In this document: positions 1 to 12,778 of the stretch, piece after piece | Layout: the number at the start of each line of letters is the position of its first letter | Position numbering within the stretch: position 1 is the stretch's first letter | DNA from: Octopus vulgaris | Lineage: Eukaryota | Direction of reading: 5' to 3' | DNA: 64,000 nt | Assembly (NCBI GenBank): GCA_951406725.2 | Contig: OX597817.1 | Location: 62,186,001 to 62,250,000, forward strand | Notes under the pieces: generated by a model | The model's database searches: none | Told to the model about the DNA's origin: nothing | The model's input: only the letters and a program-made list of their open reading frames with translations | Program-made: the position numbers and the translations under genes

Positions 1-566
1 CTTGCTCATCTGTGCGCCACACATAATAATCAAGGGCATTGCATTTTGTGGAGTTAGGTAGCCAGATGTTAGGGGTGATGTGGTTGCAGAAATTGTCTGT
101 CAGCCACGACTGGGTTCTCTTTTTGTATGGCACGGTGCAGAGTCCTGTTGCCAGACATATGCTGTTCCAGCAGCCACCCTTCTAACCCATCTCCTTTAGG
201 CTCTTGATGTAGGCCTTCTTGTTGAGTGTGAGGACGTGTGGGAAGACGAATGGAGGCTAAACGTCACCATCACTAGTGATCACTCCACATGACGTTGACT
301 GGTACATGTCCTCAGATTGCACTGCCCTGAGACTGACACATAAACACTCTGAAATGTTCGTATTGGAGATTCCGGTGCGAATGTCAAGCAGTACCATATG
401 TCATTTCCAAATTCTGGCAGAGTGAACTGCGTCAAGTTGCTGCTTTTCTCAAAGATTGTGCCTAACTTACTCTACTATATCGTTTAGTCGACAAAATCCA
501 AAATGAACAATGTCCATGCTCCAAATTGAAAATATGAAACAGCGACAATTTACCCATTGCCCCATG
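1..566 (-). mobile_element. Decayed DD37D (maT/mori-like) Tc1/mariner-superfamily element, runs off the window start
   Basis: Minus-strand translation gives YVWQQDSAPCHT and IWLPNSTKCNALDYYVW (DDD catalytic motifs, disrupted). Colinear with the + copy at 13791-14641; ends in a TIR-like segment next to TA. Confidence 0.8.
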
Positions 567-596
567 TATATACAATACATACATACATACCTACAT

Positions 597-659
<63 letters not shown>

Positions 660-665
660 TATATG

Positions 666-700
<35 letters not shown>

Positions 701-754
701 GTATGTGTATCTCTATATATACGTGTGTGTGTGTGCGTGTGTAAATCAAATGTA

Positions 755-895
755 TTGAAAAAAAGATGAAGACACGTCAAGGTATGACAAATATTAGTTT
801 AACGCTCAGGAAGAATGGAAAAGTCTTTGGCGTTTCGAGCGTACGCTCTTCAACAGAAAGGTTTGAGAGAAAAAAATCGGAGAGAAAAAAGTGTG
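755..895 (-). mobile_element. Penelope-like terminal-repeat fragment carrying a hammerhead-like motif
   Basis: Similar to 21420-21590 and 54865-54985; contains the hammerhead-like motif at 825-860; flanked by microsatellites. Confidence 0.6.
825..860 (-). ncRNA. Minimal hammerhead-ribozyme-like motif (variant core)
   Basis: Minus strand CTTT CTGTTGA A GAGC gtac GCTC GAAAC GCC AAAG: stems I and II pair; core has U6 and the cleavage triplet is GCC (probably inactive). Confidence 0.55.
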
Positions 896-1029
896 CAGTG
901 AATGACTATATACATCATATATGTGTGTGTCCGAAACATCGGGCAAGATTTTTCTATAGTTCCGAGTCGACCATGCTTAAGACCGAATTTCGTAAACGGA
1001 AACTCTATTATTGTATATACATGCATGTA

Positions 1030-1185
1030 TGCACGTTGGTAACCCATCATCGCTTGACAACTGTGTTTATTTGTTTATGTTCCCGTAGTCTAGCTGTTTT
1101 GCAGAATAACTCGATTTGATAAGTACCAAACTTTAAAGAATAAGAGAGCTAGGTTGATTTCATTGACTTACTGAAACACCTAAGT
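1030..1185 (+). mobile_element. Degenerate 3' half of SINE family A
   Basis: catcgcttgacaac...tcccgtagtctagc...gataagtacc...ggttgattt...gact aligns to the 3' part of 11006-11413. Confidence 0.55.
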
Positions 1186-1842
1186 GTTATATATAAGATG
1201 AGTGTGTGTGTGTGTGTGTGTATGTGTGTGTGTGTGCGTGTGTGTCTGTGCGCGCGTGTAAGGGTACAATATAATGATTCTTCCTCCAGGCAGAAGGTGA
1301 AATTGTTATATTTTGCAAACTGTCTTTCTTTCAAGAAAGTTCATTTGACTGTCAATTACTGCCATTGACACCTAGCATTTCAAAGCGGCACTTATTATTT
1401 CTTGTAGAACTTCTCATCAAGTTTTGTCTATGCCTTCAGGCAGAAGGATAAGACGAAAAGTTCTTTCATTTTCCTCTTTTGGTACAGCGTTTTCTTTTCG
1501 TTTCAATTGCATTTCAGTTTTAATGTAAGTACACTTGGCAGGGTGTATGAACGGCAGAGCAGTACACCAACTATCGTGGAATACCAAAGCCAAAGATATC
1601 CAAAGATATCCAAAGAGGGGGTTTTGATAATACATTGACGAGAAGATTGAACGCTATAGTAAGCTGGTACGAGTGCTAAGATATAACAGAGTAGAGAGTG
1701 GTAAAACTAAGAAGCTCAACTGATCTCAACTAAACTCGGTTATTAGCCAGTTTATATTACTCCCAAACGCTTGAATCACCGCGCGTGTGTCTGAACGAAT
1801 GTGCTTGTGTGTGTGTAGATTTTGCATGCTTTCGATCGCGTA

Positions 1843-1867
<25 letters not shown>

Positions 1868-1873
<6 letters not shown>

Positions 1874-2213
1874 TAAATTAGAGACAAAACCACTATTAGG
1901 CAAATCAAACAATGAAAGACTTAAGCCAATACATATGATTAATTTATATTATTTAAATATGTAACAATTATTAAAAAATATAATTAATGTTAATATTAAT
2001 ATTAATATAATAATATTAATTATATTTTTTAATAATTGTTACATATTTAAATAATATAAATTAATCATATGTATTGGCTTAAGTCTTTCATTGTTTGATT
2101 TGCCTAATAGTGGTTTTGTCTCTAATTTAATATAATATAATATTTTACTATAAAATTGGATTCAATCCTAAATCTGATTTTTCCCTGTAAGTTTGGATTT
2201 ATTCCCTAATATT

Positions 2214-2215
<2 letters not shown>
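1868..2215. repeat. Hairpin-shaped insertion: ~121-bp near-perfect inverted arms (1868-1988 / 2015-2135) plus a one-sided extension, between (TA)n tracts
   Basis: ttatattaaattagagacaaaaccactattaggcaaatc... is the reverse complement of ...gatttgcctaatagtggttttgtctctaatttaatataa; a related single arm occurs at 14728-14843. Confidence 0.9.
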
Positions 2216-2264
<49 letters not shown>

Positions 2265-2300
2265 CACACATACACGCACACACACACACACTGATATATA

Positions 2301-2336
<36 letters not shown>

Positions 2337-2370
2337 TGTATGTATGTATGTATGTATGTATGTATGTATA

Positions 2371-3249
2371 CGAGGTCTGATCAATAAGTATCCTGACTGT
2401 TACCATAGTAACGAATCTAAAGCACGCAGAGTGACGTCACTTGCCACAAATTGAACTTGAACCCTGCTCTACGTGCTTTCTTTGTTTAAACGTTCTAGCC
2501 CACTTGCGCTGTTTACAGCAGTGCTTGGATAGAACGTTCGTAGCGGGTGATCGTCGCATTGACCATGACGAAGATATTTGTCATGGCGATACCTGCTCAG
2601 AGGCCCAGGCAAAGTTACAGAAAGTGTATGGAGAGGATTGTATGAGTCGCACACAAGTGTTTGAGTGGTTCAGACGATTCCAAGACGGGCGAAAACATGT
2701 CGATATTGACGAACGTACTGGGAGACCCGCAGCCACCAGAACTGAGGAAAACATCGCAGATGTGCGAGCAGCTGTGAGTAGAAACACCATCCGTGAGTTA
2801 TCAGAGGATGTGCATATTAGTTACGGTTCAGCTCAATCCATTATCACTGAAGATTTGAGTATGAGATGCGTGTCTGCCAAGTTTGTGCCAAAAACTGTTT
2901 TCAGCTGACCAAAAGAACACTCGGGTTTCAGTTGCACAAGCTCAACTTGACTGCGTCGTGTCGAAAACGATAAAAACATTGCGTAGGCTTCTGAGCAGGT
3001 ATCACCGAGCTTTTGGCAAGATTTGATGCAGATTCTCTGGTCAACTTTCTATGTTATGGTTAATGCGACAATCACACGCTACAACCTTCCCTCCAAGCAC
3101 TGGTGCAAACAGCAGAAGTGAGTTACAATGTTAAAACTTCATGCGCATGCAAAACACAGCTTAAGGTCAATTTGTGCCAAGCTTCATTTTGGATGCTTTT
3201 GCCTCGTTACTATAGCAACAGAAATGAAATATTTATTGATCAGCCCAGG
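2371..3249 (+). mobile_element. Non-autonomous mariner element with N-terminal HTH transposase remnant and an inverted 5' end in place of its 3' end
   Basis: TA|cgaggtctgatcaataagtat ... atatttattgatcagcccagg|TA termini; ORF 2441-2908 LQKVYGEDCMSRTQVFEWFRRFQDGR...GRP...SAKFVPK (mariner HTH to WVPxxL-like motif). Confidence 0.85.
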
Positions 3250-3258
3250 TATATATAT

Positions 3259-3337
<79 letters not shown>

Positions 3338-3906
3338 TGTATGTATGTGTGTATGTATGTATATATAGTCATAAATGACAGAAATATTTAGCTGAATACT
3401 TATTTAACGATAAAAAATCCAAATACCACGATAAATTTGCTTTATAACTAAAAAAAGCTGTAAATAACTTATATTATGATATTTAATAATAAATAAATTA
3501 CTTAATGTGTCTGCACTAATATAAAATGGCACATTAACAGGCTTCTTTACGAATACTACCGGATTACATGAATATATATATTATGATACACACGCTCATT
3601 CATAGTCACTAGAAAACGCATACAGACATAGCACTTATCTTAATGACCGAAAAGCGCGGTAAGCTCCCTACCGCACCCGAGCATGGCCAAATCACCAGTG
3701 ATTTCACATTTTTATTAATGCTCCTCAGTGGCCCTCACCCGGTGCCTAGGGTTAAACTCAACTCGCTTTGTCAGTTTATAAGGGTTATTGTAGAAATTTC
3801 ACGCTGGTTTTATAAATGATAAAAGTGAAAATTATAAAAAATCAGAGTAGCTTATTCGGTATTGCTAGAAATAAGTGTCAAAACAACTCATAGCCACTAG
3901 AAAGTA

Positions 3907-4472
3907 TTGGGTTGTTCGGAAAGTTCGTGCCGATTTTTAAAGGAGAGAAAAAGGTCAATAAATACTTGCCGTTACATTTTTAATCAACCAGATATGAAAC
4001 ATTTTGTTGCACAACGCGTCTCCATCTTGCCTTTAACTTGAACATACACTCTTCCCAGAATTGAGGTGGTTTCATGGCAAAGAATTCATCAAGGTATCTT
4101 TTTACGGCATTCAAGGAATCGAAATTTTTACCATTAACACTAATCTGCAGAGACCTGAATAAGTGGAAACCCGAAGGAGCAATATCTGGTGAATATGGAG
4201 GGTGGGGTAACACATCCCAGCCGAGCTGCAGCAATTTTTGTCTGGTTCCCAAAGCATCAAGTGCCGAAAATGAACTGTCTTATCTTCCATTTTAAAGGGT
4301 TACAAAATTAACACAGGTTATAGGAAGATAAACCTTCTTCCACGAAAAGATAGCTTAAACTGTGCTCTAAATGGAGGTGTAGTCAAATCCTATTTTATGG
4401 ACTCAACCATGTTCTAAAATAAGTCGAAAGGTAAGCTGCTATAAATCGGCACGAACTTTCCGGACAACCCAA
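3907..4472 (-). mobile_element. Internally deleted mariner element (Hsmar1/cecropia-like), C-terminal transposase remnant
   Basis: TIRs ttgggttgttcggaaagttcgtgccgattt / aaatcggcacgaactttccggacaacccaa with TA on both sides; ORF 3980-4252 LGWDVLPHPPYSPDIAPSGFHLFRSLQ. Confidence 0.9.
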
Positions 4473-5045
4473 TATATACACACATTATGCAAGTATATAT
4501 GTACCTGTATTAGACACGGTTTCATATTTACAGATGAATCTGAATATCGGACGATTCAAATTGATATTCTATGAAGAAAAATACCCCTTTATTCGTGTTT
4601 TTATATATCCATCGAACAGTTGCGATATTATGAACCAATGCCCTACACATCCGATACCGTAACAAATAGCATTACTAAACTTTCGTCTTATTTTCCTTCG
4701 ACTTGTTCTGTGAAATGTTACTAAGTTCTAGATGTCGCACAATTCTCAAAGGATGCACCTGCTCATTGGAATTTATTTGACCTTGATACTTTTGGTTCTT
4801 TTCTTCCTTTAGATGCTTTATAATCCTTAAATCTATACCAAATCATCTTCTACGCCAGTTTCGCTCCATCTTAATTTTTACTTTTAAAATCTTTTTGTTG
4901 AACACTCTTCATTAATGCGAGTACTGAAAAAAGACATGTCCGATACCATTGTGAACAAGAAGCAGATATCGAACCCATGCACACACACTCTCTCTCACAC
5001 ACACGCACACAATTGCACACAAGCATGGATATACACATACATTTT

Positions 5046-5207
<162 letters not shown>

Positions 5208-5341
5208 AATATATGCATCAAATCGCCGAATGATGTTTAAACTTTCAAATAAAAAAAATAAATCTAAATTGTTAATTTTCTGAACTACGAAAAAAAAAAA
5301 TAGAGTGCATGAACATCGCTGTAAAAAATGGAAATAAATTA

Positions 5342-6768
5342 TACTGGGCAGCCAAAAAGAAAATAATGTTGTCTGCTACTCAGACAAATTATGCTGTACT
5401 AAACTAAATCGAGATTGCTGATTCCAAATCTGAACTCAGAATTGCTGCAGTACGTCAGGATTGTAAGGTATGCGCATAAATATATATAAATACTATATCA
5501 ATATCAGGAATAGTTTAGTTACAGGTAAATAATTATAATAATAGTATATTAGTACTATATATAGTATATTTATGTTAAAGGCAAATAGTATTATAATATA
5601 ATGGTACATAGTATATTTATGTTAAGGGAATACTCACTTTATTTTTGACATGCTCAGCTCAGAAATGTTTGAGACACTTGCTCTTGCGCTTATTCGTCAT
5701 GCTGGTCACTCGTTATAGGAACCAGCAGTAGTCATCCGTCATGTGTGGATTAAACCGGTCTTGATACCTCGTTTCCATCTCAGATATGTCCTGGTGGAAC
5801 CTCTCAACATGCACATCACTAACGGCGCCAAGATTCGTTGGAAAAAAAATCGAGATGAGAATGCAAGTATTGGGTTTTAAGCAATATTCGGCATTCCATT
5901 CTTTCATACGCTGTTAGCATGTTGTTTATTAAGTCAGCATACTTTTCAAACCTATGATTTCCGAGAAAGTTGTGTACAACTAACACGGACGAATGTCATG
6001 CCGTCAGCTTAACTGGATTCAGTCTACCTCTGAATTTGCTATTAGACATCAATTCTCTGATCTCAGGTCCAATTAAAATATCTGCTTTCAGTTTTGCGTC
6101 ATTTTCTCTGCACCAAAATTTGATTTTAGGTACTGCAAGCCACAAGTATCGTGTGTCATTTCTGTTACGGAGTTCTTCATGTGGTCGAGTTTAATGTGAA
6201 GGGATGGAACGAAGATCTTTTAGGGTCCACAAGTGGCATATACTGCGCATTGTACCGACCAACTGTGCGCTCATCTCTTTTAGACTCCAAACACACAAGA
6301 AGCACATTTTTGGTATATCCCAGCTGCAGTTCTCGGAGGAGGGAAGATACCTTTAAATCACCAAAAATATACTACTTATGAACTGAGTAATTAACTCCTT
6401 TCAGAATGAGTTCCATCGATTCATAAGTTTCTTCCATACAATAGGAATGGAAGGTTCTTCATTAGCATTATGTAACAACACAAATTTGAGGCTAACCTTA
6501 CTCGAGTCTATAAACAATCTCCATTCGTTAGTCACATTTACATGTTCTAGATTTGCACGAGTGCATTGCCGTCAGTGCAGAAGCAAGCATTGTTTTCTTG
6601 CTCCTATAATACGGCCTATATCTAGCCGAAAGTATAGTTGTAATCTTGCGCATAACTCAAAATCCTGACGTGCTAGAACAATTCTCAGTGCAGATTCGGA
6701 ATAAGCATCGTCGACTTAGTCTAAAACGCATGCTTTTACCCCAGTAGCAAAATCTTTGTTGTCCAGTG
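5342..6768 (-). mobile_element. Decayed Chapaev3-like (CMC) DNA transposon
   Basis: Imperfect ~120-bp TIRs (tactgggcagc...cgtcaggatt / aatcctgacg...gttgtccagtg), TTA on both sides; minus-strand remnants LFIDSSKVSLKFVLLHN, GDLKV...LQLGYTK, LHIKL, FPTNLGAVSDVHVERFHQDISEMETRYQ...DYCW. Confidence 0.8.
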
Positions 6769-8856
6769 TTATTGAATGCAGTTTTATGAGTTTGACTTGT
6801 ATCAGAATACGCACAGAATTATAAATACTTTTATATCTTTATAATGTAATAAAAGAACTTTCTGCGTCGGTTTTACTATATTATTGTCAATGTATGTTCA
6901 TCTCCCTATTGGTCGTTGAGTGCATTTTCAAGCTGCCTCCTTATTTGCATAGCTCTCTCCAAATTTGAATATCTAAGCATTATCAAATTACTTTCTATCT
7001 TTAAAACTCTATAATTCGAAAAGTACAGTAGAAAATTCAGCTGTTTGCAGCTCAGCTTCATTTATTCCGTCTTGGCCATATGAAATTTGACGCTTTAAAA
7101 TTTAAAGATTTTCATCATCGAAGTATACCCATCATGCGTGCCATACAATTCTTTGACATTATCATAGTTTGTTCTGGATATTTCCTCATGTAATCAGAGG
7201 TTAATGCCGTTTAACAGATTCACTGTAACTTAAACGTGCACTTTATTTTATCTGACAAAGAATTACTTTTTCAAATTTAGAGAGAATTAATTTCCAAATC
7301 ATTTCCATTTTATCAACATTTGTAATTTATCATGAATAGAACCAATAACTTCCCCGATTTGTTACAATTTGTTACAATATCTGTCCACTACACTATCATC
7401 CACCCTTACCCTTTCCACTATAACCCTAATGTCAAGGATTCCATTTCGTTTTCTTAATTAACTGAACAAATTCAGAAAATATTGCGCTTGTTAATCTTTC
7501 CTTTCGCTTATTCATTTCCGCCCCCTTTGAATAACAGCAAACAGCTGTGCATAACGCATACCACAGTGAATTCTTATGTGCAATCTTCGATTTTTTTTTT
7601 ACCAAAATTCGGAAAGCGTTTTATGGTTATCTGAATAGCGCTTTATCTCCGAACATATCTAATAAAAAAAAAAATACCAACCACATTAATTCGTGGAAGT
7701 CTCAGTTGAACACGCAGTAATCGAACACGTCATAATCGAAGTACTTCTGTATTTGTATGTTTTTTTAATTCTTCCTGGTACTTTTATTTCACAGAATTCT
7801 ATATTGAAATTATGTTTTGCTTCAGGCAGTAACATTTCAATTCACTCAACTGCCAACTTGTTAGGAATAGTAATTAAATCTTTCCTAAATCACACCTTAT
7901 AAAAAGAGAATAACTGGATATTGCAGTCGTATATACAGTACCGGAAAAAAATGGTCAGCTTAGCAATATGTGAGAGCAAAGTCTGCTCGTCTGGAGCTCG
8001 CCTGATGTTAAGAAGCAGCAGCAGCAGCAGCAGCAGCAAAAGAATAGTACTAAATTCATCGAGTTTTGGCTATAAAAGACAAGATCTCCCACATACAAAA
8101 CCGTACAAGGTGTTGTTGTGTCTTGAGAGGGTCATTACGCCAACAATAATAAGCACACACACTGGTTCAATATCATTTCTATATTTTTAGTCAATCGGTT
8201 AAATACCTGGCCAACTAACTAATCGATAGTTTGTTTAATAAGCTGCTCAAAAACAACCATTTTGAGCTCATAAATGATATGACCTTTCTCTTTAAGGTCT
8301 GCCTTCAGTCTAATACAAATACGAAAACGAAGTGCTATAAAGCATTTACTCCACATTTCTGTAACATCACGTTTGTTCATATTTTCCATCATTATCATTT
8401 ACTTAGAAGGGTACATAAGAAAGTATCGTTTTAATGAGATTCCCTTACACGCGTGACTTTACATGTCAGCTTTAGCCCTGAATCTACCATCATCATCGTA
8501 GTCGCCTTCATCATTATCATGACCACAAATATCATCATCATTGTGGTCGCTATCAACATCACTGTCATCGACGTCGTCGTCATCATATCATCACTATCCT
8601 CATCAAATGTAGAAACATCGGAAAATAAAAGAAATATTTTCCCGATTTCGTAATCTTATCGTTTATCACCTGTTCATTAACGAGAGGAGACCCGTGTGTA
8701 GTAGAAATTGACTTATATGTTATATAAATTCAATAATTAGCAAAATTAGATTTTATACTTTGATTTCAGAAAGAACATGTAACTGTGTAGAAAACGGGCC
8801 CTAGATAACTACCAAAGATTACATTGATGCTTTATATGCCTTGTATATACTACCTT

Positions 8857-9130
8857 GAGGCGCAATGACCCAGTGGTTAGGACAGCGGACTCGCGATCGG
8901 AGGATAGCGGTTTCGTTGTGTATGTTTATTGATCGAAAATACCTAAAGTTCCACGAGGCTCCGGCAGGGGGTGGTGGCGACCCCTGTTGTACTTTTTCGC
9001 CTCAACTTTCTCACACTTTCTTATTTTTCGGGTAACGCTGCGATGGACTGGCGTCCCGTCCAGCTGGGGGGAACACACACGCCACAGAAACCAGGAAACC
9101 GGGCCCATGAGCCTGGCTAGGCTTGAAAAG
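8857..9130 (+). mobile_element. tRNA-derived SINE with a V-domain-like central segment
   Basis: tRNA-like head ggcgcaatgacccagtggttagg...ggtttcg; internal ctgcgatggactggcgtcccgtccag resembles the conserved V-SINE domain (from memory, not aligned). Confidence 0.6.
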
Positions 9131-9656
9131 AATATATACTGCTTTAAACAAATTTTGTTACCAACCCCATCAATCTTCCTTTGTTGCACTGACTTGTAAT
9201 TTCTCTTGATATTCTCTCTGAATTATCTTGATATTCTGGTGGAATTTTCCTTCGATCCTCACTGATTTCTCCGATAATATCGATAAAGCGATCGAAAAGG
9301 AAAGGGGAAATGGTAGAAGCAATTTATTTTATGAATTGCTCTGCGATCCAGAAGTAAGATTATCTGTGAGCAGCAAAATTACCTCTAACGATACAAGTCA
9401 CGTATCTCATTATCCCGTTCGCATTTGAAATAAGGTATTTTCAGAGTAACCTGATTGCTGTCAATTAACACGCAAAACAATTTGCGTTCTACACAAAATA
9501 TTCATCAGTATTTGTTATTTTGACTTATCTTACATAAACAATTCCATGATTTCCTAAGTTTCTTTTCATGAGCTGCGGCCTTGTAGCACACGCACGCACA
9601 CACATATTGATAGCATCTCCTCTTATCCAAGTAGTTAATCTGTAGCGAGTGGTGAA

Positions 9657-9970
9657 GGTGCACAGCTCAGTTGTTAGAGCGTCGGGCTCACAATCATGAG
9701 GTAATAAGTTCGATTCCCGGATCGGGCTGTGTGTTGAGTTCTTAAGGAAATCACTTTATTTCACGTTGCTCCGGTTTTCTCAGATGTAGAAATGAGTTGC
9801 GACGTCACTGGTACCAAGGTGTATCCTCTTTGTCTTTCCTTTGAATAACATCGGTGGAGTGGGAAGGAGAGGCTGATATGCATGGCCTTCCATAGACATC
9901 CTTGTTTGGGTTTATATCTCCGAGAATAACTTTCTAGGTCATAAATGATTGGAGGGGGCTCTTTACCCTT
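9657..9970 (+). mobile_element. tRNA-derived SINE (family C)
   Basis: A box agctcagttgttagagcg, B box gttcgattccc; body aligns with 57039-57355. Confidence 0.75.
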
Positions 9971-9974
9971 TAAT

Positions 9975-10310
9975 CTATAGCGAGTGACTGAGTCTCTACA
10001 TGCTGATGGGTGCGAAGAGTGCCGGAACCTGAGGTAGCTGTTGAGGTCAAGGGCTGTATAGAAGTAGCGGGGACATTTATCACAGGAGAGGGTTGGCGGG
10101 GAGTGAGAAAGTGGGGGTCGCTCTTTGAGTCTTCAACGTCTGTTATCTGCCTCTTGATGTTTGTTATTTTGTATCTGGTGCGTTCCCTTGACGATGACAT
10201 TCCGCCACTTTGAGTGGTCAATGGTGATTGCTTCCCATGTATTTGGGTCAATGGAGCAGCGGATGAGGTGACCTTGAGCTGGTCTCGAGAATGAAATTTG
10301 GGGACTTAGT
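9975..10310 (-). mobile_element. Decayed 3' end of an RTE-like LINE
   Basis: Minus-strand peptide CSIDPNTWEAITIDHSKWRNVIVKG resembles the RTE C-terminal ID..WE..A.DRS.WR..V..G motif. Confidence 0.5.
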
Positions 10311-11005
10311 GTGGAGGCTTGTATGATGCATGCGTATGATGTGATCCGATCAGCGGAGGCTGTATCGTACCATGGTAGCTTCAATGCCGGGCAGTCCGGC
10401 CTGGAGCAGAACCTTTTCATTAGTAATATAGTCCTTCCATCGAATTCTGCAACCGCACAAAGTTTGTTTTGTTGGGAACGTTCTATTTTCTTCACGTCGA
10501 TAAAACATCAATGTCTCACAGCTGTAGAGGAGAATGGATAGGACGACAGCTCGGAATACAATATATAAATATATGAAATGACATTGTGAAATAACTTTCT
10601 ATTAAGATTAGTCTTAGGAAGAACTCAACCAGCTTGCTCACCTGTTATAAGTACCCTTGAAAAAGCCGTTTCTCAAAAAAAAAGAGAAACTTTCAAAATC
10701 TGTCCTTTGTATTCTAAGCCTGATGGTGCATGCAATGAATGCTACAAAATTGAATTCTTTGTAATAATATTACAAAATTAATATTTCCCTGAATTCCTTG
10801 GATAGTTTTTTCTGCCTCTAAGTCGGTTGGGGGTTTCGTTTCTCAGTTATATATAGTTCTAGCCATAACCCTTCACATTGGCACTATCAGAAACTGGCTC
10901 TGGATTTTAAATAATAATGATCCATATGATCCATATTTTCAACTGAACGATTATTTGTGTACTATAGATTTTCCTCTTTTTGGCTTAAGTTTCAACATTT
11001 CATAA

Positions 11006-11413
11006 GCAGGCGTGGCTGTGTGGTAAGTAGCTTGCTTACCAACCACATGGTCCTGGGTTCAGTCCCACTGCGTGGCACCTTGGGCAGGTTTTCTTCTACA
11101 ATAGCCTCGGGCTGACCAAAGCCTTGTGAGTGGATTTGGTAGACGGAAACTGAAAGAAGCCCGTCGTATATATGTACATATATATATGTATATGTGTGTA
11201 TATGTTTGTGGGTCTGTGTTTGTCCCCCCAACATCGTTTGACAACCGATGCTGGTGTGTTTACGTCCCCGTAACTTAACGGTTAAGCAAAAGAGACCGAT
11301 GAAATAAGTACTAGGCTTACAAAGAATAAGTCCTGGGGTCGATTTGCTCGACTAAAGGTAGTTATCGAGCATGGCCGCAGTCAAATGACTGAAACTAGTA
11401 AAAGTAAAAGAGT
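11006..11413 (+). mobile_element. tRNA-derived SINE family A (octopus OK/OR-type) with internal microsatellite
   Basis: A box tggctgtgtgg, B box gggttcagtccc, internal (TA/TG)n, 3' tail gcatggccgcagtcaaatgactgaaac plus (TAAAAG)-type repeat; several copies in the window. Confidence 0.85.
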
Positions 11414-11635
11414 ATAATTAACAATTTACGCTATACTATAGGCAGGAAAAACCCCAAAAGCAAAAAATTGTCTTTTTATTTTTCACTACGTCTCCGTTAT
11501 CTCTGTACTAGTACATATTCAATAATATTTGCGTGAACTGCAACACTTGTATTCGTCTCATAACTTCATTCAGAAGCAAGTATATTAGTCTCATTCAATA
11601 GAGCCTATTATATAATTTCTTTTTGCTTTTTTAAG

Positions 11636-11710
11636 ACCAAGTACAATGTCATTCGAACAACGTATATGGGAGATGTTATGACGCCGCGCCTATAGACCGT
11701 TACACAACAG
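11636..11710 (+). CDS. Candidate 75-nt phase-1/phase-1 coding exon (xQVQCHSNNVYGRCYDAAPIDRYTT)
   Basis: Acceptor ttctttttgcttttttaag, donor CAG|gtaagt, length divisible by 3, open frame, CpG-containing unique sequence; protein not recognised. Confidence 0.45.
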
Positions 11711-11939
11711 GTAAGTGAAAAATATAGAAATAATAAAACAAAAGAAAATTGTATTATTCGAAGGTCTTACAATGTATTTCTTTCAATTTTGTCAAATATG
11801 GTATATCTAGATTAAAAAATATTTTTTTGTGTTGTATCATTAATGGGTAGATGTTGAAATAAAGGGTATACACAAACACAATACAAGGTAAAGTTGTTAT
11901 CTTAATAGTTTCTAAATTGTGTGTAACAGGGCAGATAAA

Positions 11940-11940
<1 letters not shown>

Positions 11941-12021
<81 letters not shown>

Positions 12022-12024
12022 TAA

Positions 12025-12086
<62 letters not shown>

Positions 12087-12165
12087 ATATATATATGCAT
12101 ACATATACATACATATGTGTATATATATATATTTATATATGTATGTATATATATACATATGTATG

Positions 12166-12244
<79 letters not shown>

Positions 12245-12287
12245 ATATATATATATACGTGGATATATATATATGTATATATATACA

Positions 12288-12322
<35 letters not shown>

Positions 12323-12391
12323 CGTGGATATATATATGTATATGTATATATAATATATATATATATAATATATATGATACATATATATAAT

Positions 12392-12428
<37 letters not shown>

Positions 12429-12463
12429 CATATATATATATACGTATATATATGCATGTATAT
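11941..12463. repeat. Compound (TA)n/(GATA)n/(CA)n microsatellite block
   Basis: Direct reading; source of many spurious IY-repeat ORFs. Confidence 0.95.
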
Positions 12464-12778
12464 AGTGACACTCCAATAGCTAAACAAATTCAGCCATTAA
12501 ATGAAATTAAACTTCATACAATATGTTCTTATCAACAACAGCTTCTATGAAATGAAGCTGTTTAGTAAATAACGAGAATAATACTGCTGGTGTTGCTGTG
12601 CTTAATATCAGTCTGGCTAATTGTGAATTGTGTAAATTATTTCTAAAAAGTTTCTATAACAAAAATATCCCCGCAAAATAGACAAAGTAAAAAGATGTGT
12701 TCGAAGTGTATGTGTTTTTGTGTGTGCCTGCGAGCGTGCGTTTATGTGTATGGCTTTCTGTGATAATGTTTACACATA

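Noticed and set aside
3600-3903. 16-bp imperfect direct repeats flanking a weak inverted repeat
   Set aside because: Too degenerate to call a TSD-flanked element without other copies.
9657-9730. tRNA gene (also 57039-57110 and other SINE heads)
   Set aside because: A/B boxes are present, but there is no intact cloverleaf and the sequence continues into a shared SINE body.
11754-12550. Long IY/YI, TH, CV and LS repeat ORFs here and throughout the window
   Set aside because: Translations of stop-free microsatellites.
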